This document shows, piece after piece, positions 37,599 through 52,240 of a stretch of DNA of 64,000 nucleotides (the stretch's first letter is position 1; every line of letters starts with the position of its first letter). Under the pieces are notes generated by a model, which made no database searches, was not told the DNA's origin, and saw nothing but the letters and a program-made list of their open reading frames with translations. Origin of the DNA: Acidimicrobiia bacterium. GTDB lineage: Bacteria; Actinomycetota; Acidimicrobiia; Spongiisociales; ZC4RG35. Location of the stretch: NCBI GenBank assembly GCA_050329955.1, contig JBHJOH010000013.1:988-64987 (forward strand). Direction: 5' to 3'. Position numbers and translations under genes: made by a program.

Positions 37599-38793
37599 GC
37601 AGGCAGGTTCTGAAGCCGTTTGCGGACCGAAGAGTGATGTGAAGGGCTGGTTAGGCGATGTGAGGTCCAAGCCCCACGTGAATGCGTGGTTGGTCTACCT
37701 GGTGGGACCACTCGCATTCACGGGGGTCCAGCTGATCGCTCCGACGCTGCCGCTGATGCAGGCGGACCTGGGGCTATCGAACTCGCAGCTGGCGCTGGTA
37801 TCGAGCGTGTACCTGCTGCCTGCTGCCGTTTTCGCACTGCCTGCTGGCTTCCCGGCTGATCGATGGGGGCGTCGACTCGTACTCGGGTTCTCTCTCCTCG
37901 TGTTCGGTATATGTGGCGTCCTATACAGCGCGGTCACTGCCTCGTTCCCAGCCTCTTTGGCCGTGCGACTCGTTCAGGGACTCGCCTTCGCTGCGATTCT
38001 TCCGCTCACCATCACGATCCTGGGAGACAGCTATCGCGGCGCCGAGCTCGTTCGGGCTCAGGGGTTCCGCACCGTTTCGCTCGGAATCGGCGAAGCCGCC
38101 TGGCCGATCATCGGCGGGATACTGGCATCGATCGCTTGGGAGATAGCCTGGGTGGTGCAGAGTCTCGCGATCCCCGTGGGCCTCATCGTGCTCGTGCTGA
38201 TGACGGACGTGCCCTTGAGCGCTTCCAAGCAGGTTGGTGGAGTCGGCCGCGATCTTGTGGTTCTCCTCCGCTCGCCCTTCATCGCCGCCCTTCAATGGGT
38301 GGGGGTCCAGCGAATGTTCGTGAAGTTCGCCCTGCTGGCGTTCCTTCCGGTGTATCTGGTCGGCACACGCGGGTTCAGCCCCGAGTCCGCGGGCTTGGTG
38401 ATTGGGCTGGCGGCGGCAACAGGGGTCGTGGTGGCCACCTTCGCTTCCCGGATCACTCGGCGTGGATCTTTGCCGGTGTGGATCGGCGCCAGCATGCCTG
38501 TGGTTGCGGCCACCCTGGTGGTCTCCGTGACGGCGACCGAACCGTGGGTGATCCTTGTGTTCGCCGTTCTCCATGGCGCCGCTGACGGCATCACCGGTAT
38601 TCTGTCGAATTCCCTCGTGGCCGTTGCATGCACCGGCGACCTGAGGGCGACCTTTGTTGCCGCCACGGGTGCCCTTCGGAACCTGGCCAAGTTCCTGGCG
38701 CTGGGGGTGCTGGCCGGTGCCGGGTCAGGCGACGCTGCTTGGCTCTCGCCACTTGAGAAGAAGCTGAGTGAGCCCTCACCGAGGAGAAGCTGA
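37591..38793 (+). CDS. MFS transporter
   Basis: About 12 hydrophobic spans. MFS loop motif GFPADRWGRRLVL. The start is ATG 37591 (ATGGATGA overlap with the fragment stop) or 37555. Confidence 0.85.
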   Translation: MDEQAGSEAVCGPKSDVKGWLGDVRSKPHVNAWLVYLVGPLAFTGVQLIAPTLPLMQADLGLSNSQLALVSSVYLLPAAVFALPAGFPADRWGRRLVLGFSLLVFGICGVLYSAVTASFPASLAVRLVQGLAFAAILPLTITILGDSYRGAELVRAQGFRTVSLGIGEAAWPIIGGILASIAWEIAWVVQSLAIPVGLIVLVLMTDVPLSASKQVGGVGRDLVVLLRSPFIAALQWVGVQRMFVKFALLAFLPVYLVGTRGFSPESAGLVIGLAAATGVVVATFASRITRRGSLPVWIGASMPVVAATLVVSVTATEPWVILVFAVLHGAADGITGILSNSLVAVACTGDLRATFVAATGALRNLAKFLALGVLAGAGSGDAAWLSPLEKKLSEPSPRRS

Positions 38794-39511
38794 ATTGGCG
38801 CGAAGTGACGAGATCGAAACCAGAGGGGAGGACTCCCCTCCCGACCACCGCAAGACGATCGACCGTTTGACCGAAGCAGCACGAGAACGGTACCGGACGG
38901 CTGAGGATCAAGCACTTCATGTGCTGAGGTCAGCAATCGAGATCGGGTTGTTTCAACCCGGCGAATGGCTGAGGCAGGATCAGCTCGCGTCTCTGATCGG
39001 TACGAGCCGAATGCCTGTCCGGGCGGCGTTGCGGCAGTTGGACTCGGAAGGACTCGTAACGCTCGAGCCCCACCGCGGCGCAATGGTACGGGTTGTCCTG
39101 GAAGACGAGATCCGGGATCTCTACGAGCTCAGGATCATTGTCGAGTCATTCGCGATCCGACGCGTGGCGCACGGCGCAAGTGAAGACGATATTCGGCGGC
39201 TCGACGACATTGCCGAGCGAATTGATGGTGCCTCGACTGATGCGGAACGCGGCGCATTGACGGATGATTTCTATCGTCGGCTCTATGGATTGGGCAACTC
39301 GGGTCGGGTTGTCGCTCTGGTCATGCAGCTTCGTTCGGAAGTCAACCGCCATGGGTCGACGGCCCCCTATGGAAAGGACACCCACCGGGAACTCCTCGAC
39401 GCTCTCGCCTTGGACGATGCCGACTTGGCAGCAGCGTGGCTCGCCGCTCACTTGAGGCGGCTCGCCATGTGGGCGATGGCGGAGCGGAGTCACGACGGTT
39501 CTCCCAGTTGA
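38768..39511 (+). CDS. GntR-family regulator with an FCD (FadR C-terminal) domain
   Basis: LRSAIEIGLFQPGEWLRQDQLASLIGTSRMPVRAALRQLDSEGLVTLEPHRGAMV plus a helical FCD region. Start approximate. Confidence 0.85.
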   Translation: MSPHRGEAELARSDEIETRGEDSPPDHRKTIDRLTEAARERYRTAEDQALHVLRSAIEIGLFQPGEWLRQDQLASLIGTSRMPVRAALRQLDSEGLVTLEPHRGAMVRVVLEDEIRDLYELRIIVESFAIRRVAHGASEDDIRRLDDIAERIDGASTDAERGALTDDFYRRLYGLGNSGRVVALVMQLRSEVNRHGSTAPYGKDTHRELLDALALDDADLAAAWLAAHLRRLAMWAMAERSHDGSPS

Positions 39512-39911
39512 GATCCGGCTCTTGGCGGCCGCTGTCGGCTTGAAGACTCTTGTCCCGATCCGGGAGCGCTGTGCTTCCCTTCGGTCGTCGCCGTCCTTCG
39601 GCCAGAACTTCCGTTGCCATGGGAGTGAAGAGATCGTGGTGGCATCGCCTGGGACGGCCGATGATCGTGGACGTGACACCGCTCCGGCGCTCACGGGAGT
39701 ACCGTTGACTCTACTCGGGCTTTGCCTCGCTTCGGTCGCCAGATGACGGTCGTGGCAGTGCCGTACCAAGTACGAGCTCACCGGTCGCGAGCCTGGCCGA
39801 TGTTGTCTCTGCTGTGTTTCGCACGACGATCTTGCAGCTATCGGTACCGGACTCATTGCGAGGGCGCCTGTCTGGTGGGAACAACGCGGTCGTGTCCGCG
39901 GGGCGCCGAGG

Positions 39912-40067
39912 CTTGGAGATCTCGAGGCGGGTGTCGTCGGCTCGCTGACCTCCGTTCAATTCTCGGTTGTCTCAGGAGGGCTCGCATGCGTGGTTGGAGC
40001 ACTGGCAATCGCACGTCTGATGCCAGAGCTGGCCCGATATCGCTTCGGTGGTGGCGAAGCCCATTAG
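39912..40067 (+). pseudogene. Possible C-terminal remnant of an MFS-type transporter
   Basis: My translation: LGDLEAGVVGSLTSVQFSVVSGGLACVVGALAIARLMPELARYRFGGGEAH*. It looks like the last TM helix and tail of an actinobacterial MFS protein. The upstream frame loses coding character. Confidence 0.25.
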
Positions 40068-40280
40068 CGAGGGCGCCCCACCTCAGTTCTCAGTCTTTCG
40101 CCACGCCGGCGCAGACCTGCTCGTCAGTCTACGAAGCCCCCTAGCGCTAGCGATCTGGGGAGCGCAAGATCGGCGGGCGAAGGCCTTCTCAGGCAAGGCC
40201 ACATCCGACGCCGACGCCCACATGTCTCGCCATCCGGATAGCATGACGACGTGGTTTCTCCTCAGACAACGGATGACCAG

Positions 40281-40988
40281 ATGTCGCCGCGGCTCCGCGA
40301 CGGCATGGTGAACCCTCGGAGCGTCGAAGAATCGGTGACCGATACCTTGCGGGACGCGATCCTGCGAGGCGACCTGCAGCCGGGCCAAAGGCTCGCGCAG
40401 GTAGAGTTCGCAGCAGAGCTCGGGGTATCCCGCGTCCCGTTGCGGGACGCCCTTCGCCGCTTGGAGGCGGAAGGGCTCGTCGAAATCGGGCGTCGCGGAG
40501 CAAGGGTGTCGTCACTCAGCGCTGATGACGTGAACGAGACCTACGAGATGCGGATGATGCTCGAGCCCGAGTGTGCATTGAGGGCGATCAAGGCTCTCGA
40601 TGACGAAGCCGCAGAACGCCTGATCGAGCTTTCGCTCGACATGGACCGCACAGCGGCCGACCCGAATGTGGGAGCCCAGGCTCGGCAGCAGTTCTATGCG
40701 GAGTTCTACCGCTACGCAGAACGGCCGCGCATGTGGGCCATGATCAACCAGTTGCGAGCGTTGGTCCAGCGCTATCACCTCCTCGGCGAGAGTGTTGACG
40801 AGCCTCATGGGCACGAGGCATTGAGAGCTTGTATCAGGACACGGGATGCGGAGACGGCTGCTGCGATCGTGCGTGCCCACCTCGAAGCCGCCCGGAACGA
40901 CCTGATGGCGACTTTGGTCGGTAGCGCGTCGAAGTCGGTCTCGGCAAACAGCGGTGGCAGGACCGACGAACCAGGGTCGGATGACTGA
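40281..40988 (+). CDS. GntR-family regulator with an FCD domain (paralogue of 38768..39511)
   Basis: VTDTLRDAILRGDLQPGQRLAQVEFAAELGVSRVPLRDALRRLEAEGLVEIGRRGARV plus an FCD region. Start options are 40251, 40281 and 40305. Confidence 0.85.
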   Translation: MSPRLRDGMVNPRSVEESVTDTLRDAILRGDLQPGQRLAQVEFAAELGVSRVPLRDALRRLEAEGLVEIGRRGARVSSLSADDVNETYEMRMMLEPECALRAIKALDDEAAERLIELSLDMDRTAADPNVGAQARQQFYAEFYRYAERPRMWAMINQLRALVQRYHLLGESVDEPHGHEALRACIRTRDAETAAAIVRAHLEAARNDLMATLVGSASKSVSANSGGRTDEPGSDD

Positions 40989-41088
40989 TCGAGGGCTCGG
41001 GGGTCGTCTCTAGCCGGTCTAAGCCCCGAGGGTTCCGGGACTGCTCCAGATCCTGCCAGTGACACCTCGGCCACTCCGCTGCGCAGAC

Positions 41089-42753
41089 TCACTTGATCCG
41101 GGTCCCGCCGATCTCGTTGGCCAACACCCAGGCGGCCACGGTCCCGATCTCGATCCCCTCGGGCAGGTAGCTGTCGATCGTCACACCCGCTGACCCCGGT
41201 TGGGCGGCCCCGAGCGCGGCGCGGCGCATCCGGAGGAAGCGGTCCTGCCAGCGGCGTGCGTTCGAATCCCGCAGATCGACCCAGCCTTTGTCCGCCCACC
41301 GGTCGCGAGCGTTGTCGTCGAGAGCCACCCGGTCGGCGTCGGCCACCTCGGGTATCCGTATGAACGGCCCCCGCACGAGCGTCGTCCCGTCCCGCCACAG
41401 AATGGGGAGGCCCAGTGAGGTGATCGTGTCGACCATCTCCGGTCGGCTGTCGAGCATCGCTGTCCACGCCGCCGCCAATTCGCCGGGGTCGGCCGCCAGT
41501 ACGCCGGTCACCGTTCCCACCGCCAGCCGGATCAGCTCGGCCTCCCACAGCAGCTTCGACAGCTCGGGGGGACCGAGCTGTCCGAGGGCCACCGAGTGGG
41601 TGCCGGTCTCGACTTCGAGACGTCCCAGCTGTTCGAGAGCGCGCAAACGCACCACTCCGCCCCGGTAGGAGGGTGGGAGCACCGCCGAGTCGATGGCGGC
41701 GATGACGTCGTTGCCGGTTGCGCCGCCTCGTATCTCGATAACGCACAGGGCGGCGATCTCCTCCGGGGTCACCATCTCCATCTGGCCGATGGCGGTGATC
41801 GCTTCGAACTCACCCTTGGTGAACACGCCGTTCTCGCCGGTGTCGACCACCGGCATCACCAACTCGCCGATCTGCTCCAGGCCATGGCGGCGCAGCACCA
41901 GTTCGGGCCCGAGGTGCTCGGTCATCGCACGGAAGCGATGGACGGGTTCGCCTTTGTACTTCACGGGCCGGTTGTCGACCCCTGCGTAACCGATGAGGGC
42001 GGCCGGCTTCACCTCCTTGATGAGCGGCCCACCCGCGGTGCGGGCCGCCAGGAAGAGCAGCCCGGTGTGGGCGAAAGCTACGGCGGTCTTGGTCATGAGT
42101 TGGGCCGACGGGCGGTCCTCGGAGTGGGTGTAGGGGATGTCGAGTCCCATCCCGCCGGTGCCGGTGGTGCCGATCTTGATGTAGAGCCGGGTGCCCACCT
42201 CGGTCAGGGCGCGGTGCAGGATCCGAACGTGGCGGATCAGCTGGGGCGTCGCCTGCGACAGGATTAGGGTCTCGACCGAGCTGGCCAGCCCGGAATGGTC
42301 GCCCGACTCCTCGGACGCTTCCAACTGGTGCTTTGCGATCACCGAGGCGGTGTACACGTCCTGATAGCTGATGGCGGTGGCGGTGTTGATCGAGTCGACC
42401 ACCACTTCGGGCCGGTAGCGACGAACCAGGGCGGTGAGCATCGCCCGCTCGTAGGCGGCGTCGAAGGGGCCGAGGATGTCCTCGAACACGCCTTCCCGGG
42501 TACCGGCCTCTGCCAGCAGCTGCGACCGCGGGGTGGATGCGTACTCCTCCCGCACGAACACGTCGCCCCACTCGCCCACCAGCTCGACACCCGGAAGCAG
42601 GCGCCGCAGGTCGTCGAGGGCACGCGACACCAACGGTTCGGTGAGCGCCGCCACCACGATCCGATCCGGCTCGAGCTCGGTCCCGACCCGGTAGGCCACC
42701 TGGAATCCCACCAGGCCCGCCCCGCCGAGCAAGAGATATGTGCCACCGGGCAC
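41089..42753 (-). CDS. 554-aa protein of unknown function with an N-terminal Rossmann-type dinucleotide-binding motif
   Basis: MPGGTYLLLGGAGLVGFQVAYRV... and the conserved-looking block IKIGTTGTGGMGLDIPYTHSEDRPS. I cannot assign a family. Confidence 0.7.
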   Translation of the reverse strand: MPGGTYLLLGGAGLVGFQVAYRVGTELEPDRIVVAALTEPLVSRALDDLRRLLPGVELVGEWGDVFVREEYASTPRSQLLAEAGTREGVFEDILGPFDAAYERAMLTALVRRYRPEVVVDSINTATAISYQDVYTASVIAKHQLEASEESGDHSGLASSVETLILSQATPQLIRHVRILHRALTEVGTRLYIKIGTTGTGGMGLDIPYTHSEDRPSAQLMTKTAVAFAHTGLLFLAARTAGGPLIKEVKPAALIGYAGVDNRPVKYKGEPVHRFRAMTEHLGPELVLRRHGLEQIGELVMPVVDTGENGVFTKGEFEAITAIGQMEMVTPEEIAALCVIEIRGGATGNDVIAAIDSAVLPPSYRGGVVRLRALEQLGRLEVETGTHSVALGQLGPPELSKLLWEAELIRLAVGTVTGVLAADPGELAAAWTAMLDSRPEMVDTITSLGLPILWRDGTTLVRGPFIRIPEVADADRVALDDNARDRWADKGWVDLRDSNARRWQDRFLRMRRAALGAAQPGSAGVTIDSYLPEGIEIGTVAAWVLANEIGGTRIK

Positions 42754-42883
42754 CGGTCACCTCCTTTCGGCCGAGCCTATGCGCCAGCCGACTGCTGTGG
42801 GGGTGTGGCGGCGCCGACGACATCCTCCCTTTTCGCCCCCACAGGCCGATTCGCATCAGCCTGACGTGACGTAGCCTGCGCCG

Positions 42884-43796
42884 ATGCGAGTCACCTCAAC
42901 CATCGGAACCGAGTCGGTCGGGATCCCGTCATCGCCGTCGGCGGTTGTCGAGGCGGCGGCGGCGGCGGAGCGTCAGGGTTTTCGATCCGCCTGGTGCACG
43001 CACTTCAGCCGGGGGATCGACTCACTCACCGTTTTGGCCGCGGCCGCCACCGCCACAACGTCCATCGAGCTCGGGGTCGGCGTGATCCCGACCTTCCCCC
43101 GCCACCCGGTGGCGCTCGCCCAGTCGGCTGCCACCGTCCAGTCGCTCTCGGGTGGCCGACTGGTGCTCGGAGTGGGTGTGTCGCATCGCCCGGTCATCGA
43201 GGCCATGCACGGACTCGATTACTCCGATCAACTCGGGCACATGCGCGAGTATCTGACCGTGCTCGGCGGTCTTCTCACCGACGGTGCCATCAGCTTCCAG
43301 GGTACGCACTACCGCGTCGATGCCTCGATTCACATTCCTGCTGCCAGCGCGGTGCCGGTGGTGGTCGGTGCGTTGGCAGAGGGGATGAGTCGGGTGGCGG
43401 GCGAGTTCGCCGATGGTGTCACGACCTGGCTGGCCGGGCCCCGTTCCCTCGAACAGGTGGTGGTACCCGCCGTCACCGACGGTGCTGTCCGAGCGGGCCG
43501 CCGGGATCCGCGCGTCGTGGCTGCGGTGCCAGTAGCCGTGGACAGCGACGCCGCCCGGGCGGCGGAGGCCGCCGACCGGGTGTTCGCGCTCTACGGAACC
43601 CTCGCCAATTACCAGCGCTTGTTCGAACGCGAAGGCGTCGACAGGCCCTCCCAGCTCGCCGTCGTGGGGTCGGAGGAGACGGTGACGGCCGGGCTCGGGG
43701 CGTTGTTCGCGGCGGGCGCCACCGATGTGTGGGCGATCCCCTTCGACACCGGAAACGGCACCGACGCCACCCAGTCGCTCCTCGCCCGACTGGCCG

Positions 43797-43804
<8 letters not shown>
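42884..43804 (+). CDS. LLM-class F420-dependent oxidoreductase
   Basis: AERQGFRSAWCTHFSRGIDSLTVLAAAA...GRLVLGVGVSHRPVIE...YQRLFEREG is the typical luciferase-like/F420 family layout. Confidence 0.85.
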
Positions 43805-48265
<4,461 letters not shown>

Positions 48266-48269
<4 letters not shown>

Positions 48270-49066
48270 GTGAACGTCCTTGCCAGGTCGGATGGCTTGA
48301 ACTCGCCACGTCGTACACCGAGCGGATCGATTCGGCGAACCAAGGCGATGTGGTCGGGGTCCGGATCGGGCACGCTGCTCAGATCTTCGGCGACGACGAA
48401 GTCGAAGCCTGTGGCTGCCACCACCTCGTCGAGTGACACATCAGGAAACATCCGACGTAGCCGGATCTCGCCCTCCGGGTAGTCGAACACGCCCAGTTCT
48501 GTCACCAGCCACTGAGGGCCGCCGCCGGTGTAGCCGAGTTCGGCGCGGGTGCCGGCCGGGGTGCGATGACCGAGATCTGTGATGAAGTCGCAGGTCTCCA
48601 CCAGACAGCGGCCGCTGCGGTGGTTGGTAGTCCACACGGTCAGGTTGCGGATGGTGGCGGACAGGTTGCAGCCACCACCGCCGCCGCCGAGCTTGACCTT
48701 GGGCCCAGGCATTCCGCCGATGGCGGTGACGTTGGTGTTGCCGTGGCGGTCGATCTGTCCACCCGAGAGGAACATGCGATCGACGTCGCCCCGCACCGCC
48801 GAGTCGAAGAACTCCTCGAACCGCATCGAGTAGGCCGATCCCTTCTTGAGGGCGAGATCGTTGCCGGAGGGGGGGATGAAATCGGGCGTCGGATCGATGG
48901 CGTACATGGCGCCTTCGACCAGCATCATCGAAGGGGCGTGTGTTTGTTTGGCGAGGTGCATGGCCACCTGGGCGCAGGGGCTGCCGAAGCCGTGGAACAC
49001 CACTTCGCCGTCGGCGATCGTGCCGGCGAGGGCCACCACGAACCATTCATCGAGGGTCCAGCTCAT
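48266..49066 (-). CDS. CoA-transferase subunit B (family I, glutaconate/3-oxoacid CoA-transferase type)
   Basis: FLSGGQIDRHGNTNVTAIGG...KLGGGGGGCNL. Start placed at MSWTL (49066), giving an ATGA overlap with subunit A (the track start is 49084). Confidence 0.85.
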
Positions 49067-49977
49067 GCGAACACCTCCATCCAACGGTCGGTCGACTCGT
49101 GATAGCCGGTGATGGCCTCGAGTCGGCTCTCGCCGATCATCCGCCGGTACTCGTCTTCATCGGTGCCGAGCACGTAGCGGGCCAGATAGGTGGATGCTCC
49201 CTCGGCGGTGGCCGCCGCCCTCACGTACTCGGCGATGTGGGTGCGGTCGTAGGCGTACCCGGGGTAGCACGACGTCGGATGTGCACCGAACGGTGCTTCC
49301 ACGATCGCCGCCACCCGGTAGCCGGGAACGGTGATGCCGGCACTCGCCACCTCTTCGGTTGTGACGATCCGGTCGACGGTGGCGATCACCGCCGCCGATG
49401 CCATGGCGAAGCGTTCGTCGAGGACGTAGGGCTGCTCGAGGTGCAGGTTGCCGGCGGCGTCGCCGATCGGGGCGTGGAGCAGCGCCACGTCGGGCCGAAT
49501 CGCCGGGACCACGGTGAGTGTCTCACCGGTGAAGGGGCACTCCACCTCGGCGTATTCGGGGTGGAGGGCGCGGATGTCGGTCCCTCGAACACCTCGCACC
49601 GGGATGAACGGGATGCCCATCTCGGCTGCCCGCAACTGGTTGAGCATGGTGTCACAACAGCTCTCGCGGATCTCCAGCGACTGGGACTCTGCCGCTCGCC
49701 GGAAGGCCGGGGCCAGCCCGTGATCCTGTTCGAACCCGACGTAGCTCTCCTCGCTCACCGCCAACAGTCCGGCGGCGATGAGGAGGTCGACATCGATGGA
49801 ATGGGCCGAGCCAACCGCGTGGAGGCCGCCGATTCCGGAGCGGATCAGCTGTCGGACCAGCGCCATCGGCAGCCTGGCGGAGAGGCCGCCTCCCAACGCA
49901 ACCACCGAGCCTGGAGAGACCAGGCGAGCGGCCGAGGCGAGGTCGATGAGTTTGTCGGTGCCCAGATGGAACGGCAT
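49063..49977 (-). CDS. CoA-transferase subunit A
   Basis: KLIDLASAARLVSPGSVVALGG...LRAAEMGIPFIPVRG...DVALLHAPIGDAAGNL is the typical family I CoA-transferase A subunit. Confidence 0.85.
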   Translation of the reverse strand: MPFHLGTDKLIDLASAARLVSPGSVVALGGGLSARLPMALVRQLIRSGIGGLHAVGSAHSIDVDLLIAAGLLAVSEESYVGFEQDHGLAPAFRRAAESQSLEIRESCCDTMLNQLRAAEMGIPFIPVRGVRGTDIRALHPEYAEVECPFTGETLTVVPAIRPDVALLHAPIGDAAGNLHLEQPYVLDERFAMASAAVIATVDRIVTTEEVASAGITVPGYRVAAIVEAPFGAHPTSCYPGYAYDRTHIAEYVRAAATAEGASTYLARYVLGTDEDEYRRMIGESRLEAITGYHESTDRWMEVFA

Positions 49978-49984
49978 CAGAACC

Positions 49985-50752
49985 TCACTGTGCGGTCATG
50001 CCGCCGTCGACCGCGAATATCGAGCCGGTCACGAAGCTGGCGTCGTCGGAAGCGAGATAGAGCGCAGCCTGGGCGATCTCCATCGGCACACCGATCCGGC
50101 CGATCGGGTACTTGAGGGCGGTCTTGGCGAGTCCTGCCTCGAGGTCGCCGTCGCCGCGCATCCGCATGAGGGGCTCCATCAGGGGGGTGTACACCGTCCC
50201 GGGACAGAGAGCGTTCACACGGATCTTGCGGGGGGCGAGGTCGATCGCCATCGATTTGGTCAGTGACACGACCGCTCCCTTGGCGGCGCAATAGGCGGCG
50301 AAACCGGCCACGGCCACCAGTGCCGCCACCGACGCCTGATTGACGATGGCGCCGCCTCCGGAAGCGTCCAGGTGGGGAATGGCGGCCTTGGAGGTGAGGA
50401 ACGTGCCCTTGACGTTCACATCGAAGCAGCGGTCCCAGTCGCTCTCGTCGGCATCGGCGACGCTTCCCTTGGAGTTGACCCCGGCGTTGTTGTAGACGAT
50501 GTCGAGCCTGCCGAGGCCGGCGGCGGCTTCGTTCACCGCTCGGGAGATGTCGGTGGCGTCGGCCACGTTGCCGGACACGGCAATGGCGGTTCCTCCGGCG
50601 CGGCTGACGATCGCCGCCGTTTCCTGAGCGGCCGCCAGATCGATGTCGACCACCGCAACCGACGCACCCTCGGACGCGAACAACTCGGCGGCCGCTCGTC
50701 CGATTCCCGATCCGCCCCCGGTGATGAGTGCAGCCTTGCCTTCCAGTCTCAT
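49985..50752 (-). CDS. Short-chain dehydrogenase/reductase (candidate hydroxyalkyl-CoM dehydrogenase)
   Basis: MRLEGKAALITGGGSGIGRA, NNAG, S...YCAAK catalytic set, C-terminal FAVDGGMTAQ. Trimmed from track ORF 49985..50887. Confidence 0.88.
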   Translation of the reverse strand: MRLEGKAALITGGGSGIGRAAAELFASEGASVAVVDIDLAAAQETAAIVSRAGGTAIAVSGNVADATDISRAVNEAAAGLGRLDIVYNNAGVNSKGSVADADESDWDRCFDVNVKGTFLTSKAAIPHLDASGGGAIVNQASVAALVAVAGFAAYCAAKGAVVSLTKSMAIDLAPRKIRVNALCPGTVYTPLMEPLMRMRGDGDLEAGLAKTALKYPIGRIGVPMEIAQAALYLASDDASFVTGSIFAVDGGMTAQ

Positions 50753-50768
50753 GCGATTCCTTTCTTGG

Positions 50769-52121
50769 TCATGCCGGTTGTTTGGTCGCGGCCTGTGCGG
50801 CGCGCAGGATCGGGTCGTAGACCGGTGCATAGGGAGGGGCGTAGGAGAGATCGAGGGCGCCGAGATCGTCGACGTCGAAACCTGCATGGAGGGCGGTGGC
50901 CACCACGTCGATGCGTTTGGCAGTGGCAGGGTCGGTCGAGATCATCTGGGCACCGAGAAGTCGTCCGCCCGGCTCGTGTACCAGCCGGGTCCAGGTCGGT
51001 GCCGCGCCCGGGTAGTACTTCGCACGGGATCCGGCAGTGGAGTCCGACGCCATCGCCTCGAGCCCGGCAACCCTCGATTCCGACAGCGTGAGGCCGGTGC
51101 GCGCAACGGTCAGATCGAAGATCTTGGCGACGGCCGTCCCCACCATTCCCCCGAAACGGGCGTCACCACCGGCAGCAACGATGCCCGCCACCCGCCCGGT
51201 CTTGTTGGCGGTTGGCCCCAGCGCGATGTGGGCCGGGGCCCCCAGCACCAGATGGTGGACTGCGGCACAGTCTCCGGCGGCGAAGACGTTGGGAAGCGAG
51301 GTCCGCATCCGGTCGTCGACCTCGAGAGCGCCGTTCGAATGCGTGGACGCCCCCGCATTGGCGGCGAGCCCACCCCCGGGGCGGATACCGACCGCCATCA
51401 CCACGGCGTCGAAGGTCCGCACGCTGCCATCCGAGAGGGCGGCGGTGGAGCCATCCCACCCGGTGAGCCCGATACCCGTCAGCAGCTCGCAGTGCGAGGA
51501 GACCTCAGCCTCGACCCGGGCAGCAGCGTCGGGGTCGAGGTTGGGCATCACCCGGTCGGCTGCTTCGACCACGGTGACCCTGCACCCCGCTTCGGTGAGG
51601 GCATCGGCCATCTCGAGCCCGATGTAGCCGCCGCCAACCACCAGGACCGAACGAACGGCGCCGGAGATGACGTCCTCACGGAGGGTGATGGCGCCCTCGA
51701 GTGTTCGCACGGTGTGCACGCCCGGCCCGTCGACGCCCGGTATCGGAGGCAGCGCCGGTGAGGCCCCGGCGGCGACGATCAGCGTGGTGTACGTGATGGC
51801 GTCGTCGCCCGCTGCGGAGCGAAGGGTCACTCGCTGGTCGCTCGCATCGATGGAGACGACCCGGGTGTGGAGCCGGAGATCTATACCCCGCTTGGTGCGG
51901 AAGTCATCGGGAGGAACGCTGACGAGGTCGAGTGGATCGGAGACCAACCCCGCCACGTAGTACGGGATCCCGCACAGACCCCAGGCGGCAAACCCGGAGG
52001 CCTCGGCCACTACGATCTCGAGGTCGCCGTCGAACCGCCGCGCCGAGGACGCGGCGGACATGCCGGCGGCGCCACCTCCGATCACAACGAGACGATCCGT
52101 CACGGACTCCGGCTCCTCCAT
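50769..52121 (-). CDS. CoA-disulfide-reductase/NADH-oxidase-like single-cysteine pyridine-nucleotide-disulfide oxidoreductase
   Basis: LVVIGGGAAGMSAA; active-site-type FAAWGLCGIPYYV (Cys50 codon 51972..51974); a second dinucleotide fold VLVVGGGYIGLEMA; AAGDCA; a dimerisation domain. Confidence 0.85.
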   Translation of the reverse strand: MEEPESVTDRLVVIGGGAAGMSAASSARRFDGDLEIVVAEASGFAAWGLCGIPYYVAGLVSDPLDLVSVPPDDFRTKRGIDLRLHTRVVSIDASDQRVTLRSAAGDDAITYTTLIVAAGASPALPPIPGVDGPGVHTVRTLEGAITLREDVISGAVRSVLVVGGGYIGLEMADALTEAGCRVTVVEAADRVMPNLDPDAAARVEAEVSSHCELLTGIGLTGWDGSTAALSDGSVRTFDAVVMAVGIRPGGGLAANAGASTHSNGALEVDDRMRTSLPNVFAAGDCAAVHHLVLGAPAHIALGPTANKTGRVAGIVAAGGDARFGGMVGTAVAKIFDLTVARTGLTLSESRVAGLEAMASDSTAGSRAKYYPGAAPTWTRLVHEPGGRLLGAQMISTDPATAKRIDVVATALHAGFDVDDLGALDLSYAPPYAPVYDPILRAAQAATKQPA

Positions 52122-52240
52122 CGAGAACGCTGCGAAGCGTACGGTCGGGGTCGTCGCCTAACCCATGGCCTCCCGGGGGGAAGTTCCCCCCGGGAGTGGT
52201 CCTGTGAGGCCACATGATGGGCGCTCGGAGCGGCCGGTGC

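Noticed and set aside
39146-40144. ORFs 39146..39856(-) and 39722..40144(+) in the GntR-GntR gap
   Set aside because: One is antisense to the first GntR gene, and both run through decayed sequence. Their composition is not protein-like and no motifs are present.
36897-41088. The lower-GC block considered as a mobile element or genomic island
   Set aside because: No transposase, integrase, tRNA attachment site or flanking direct/inverted repeats were recognised. Only gene remnants and a composition shift support a rearrangement, so no mobile_element feature was called.
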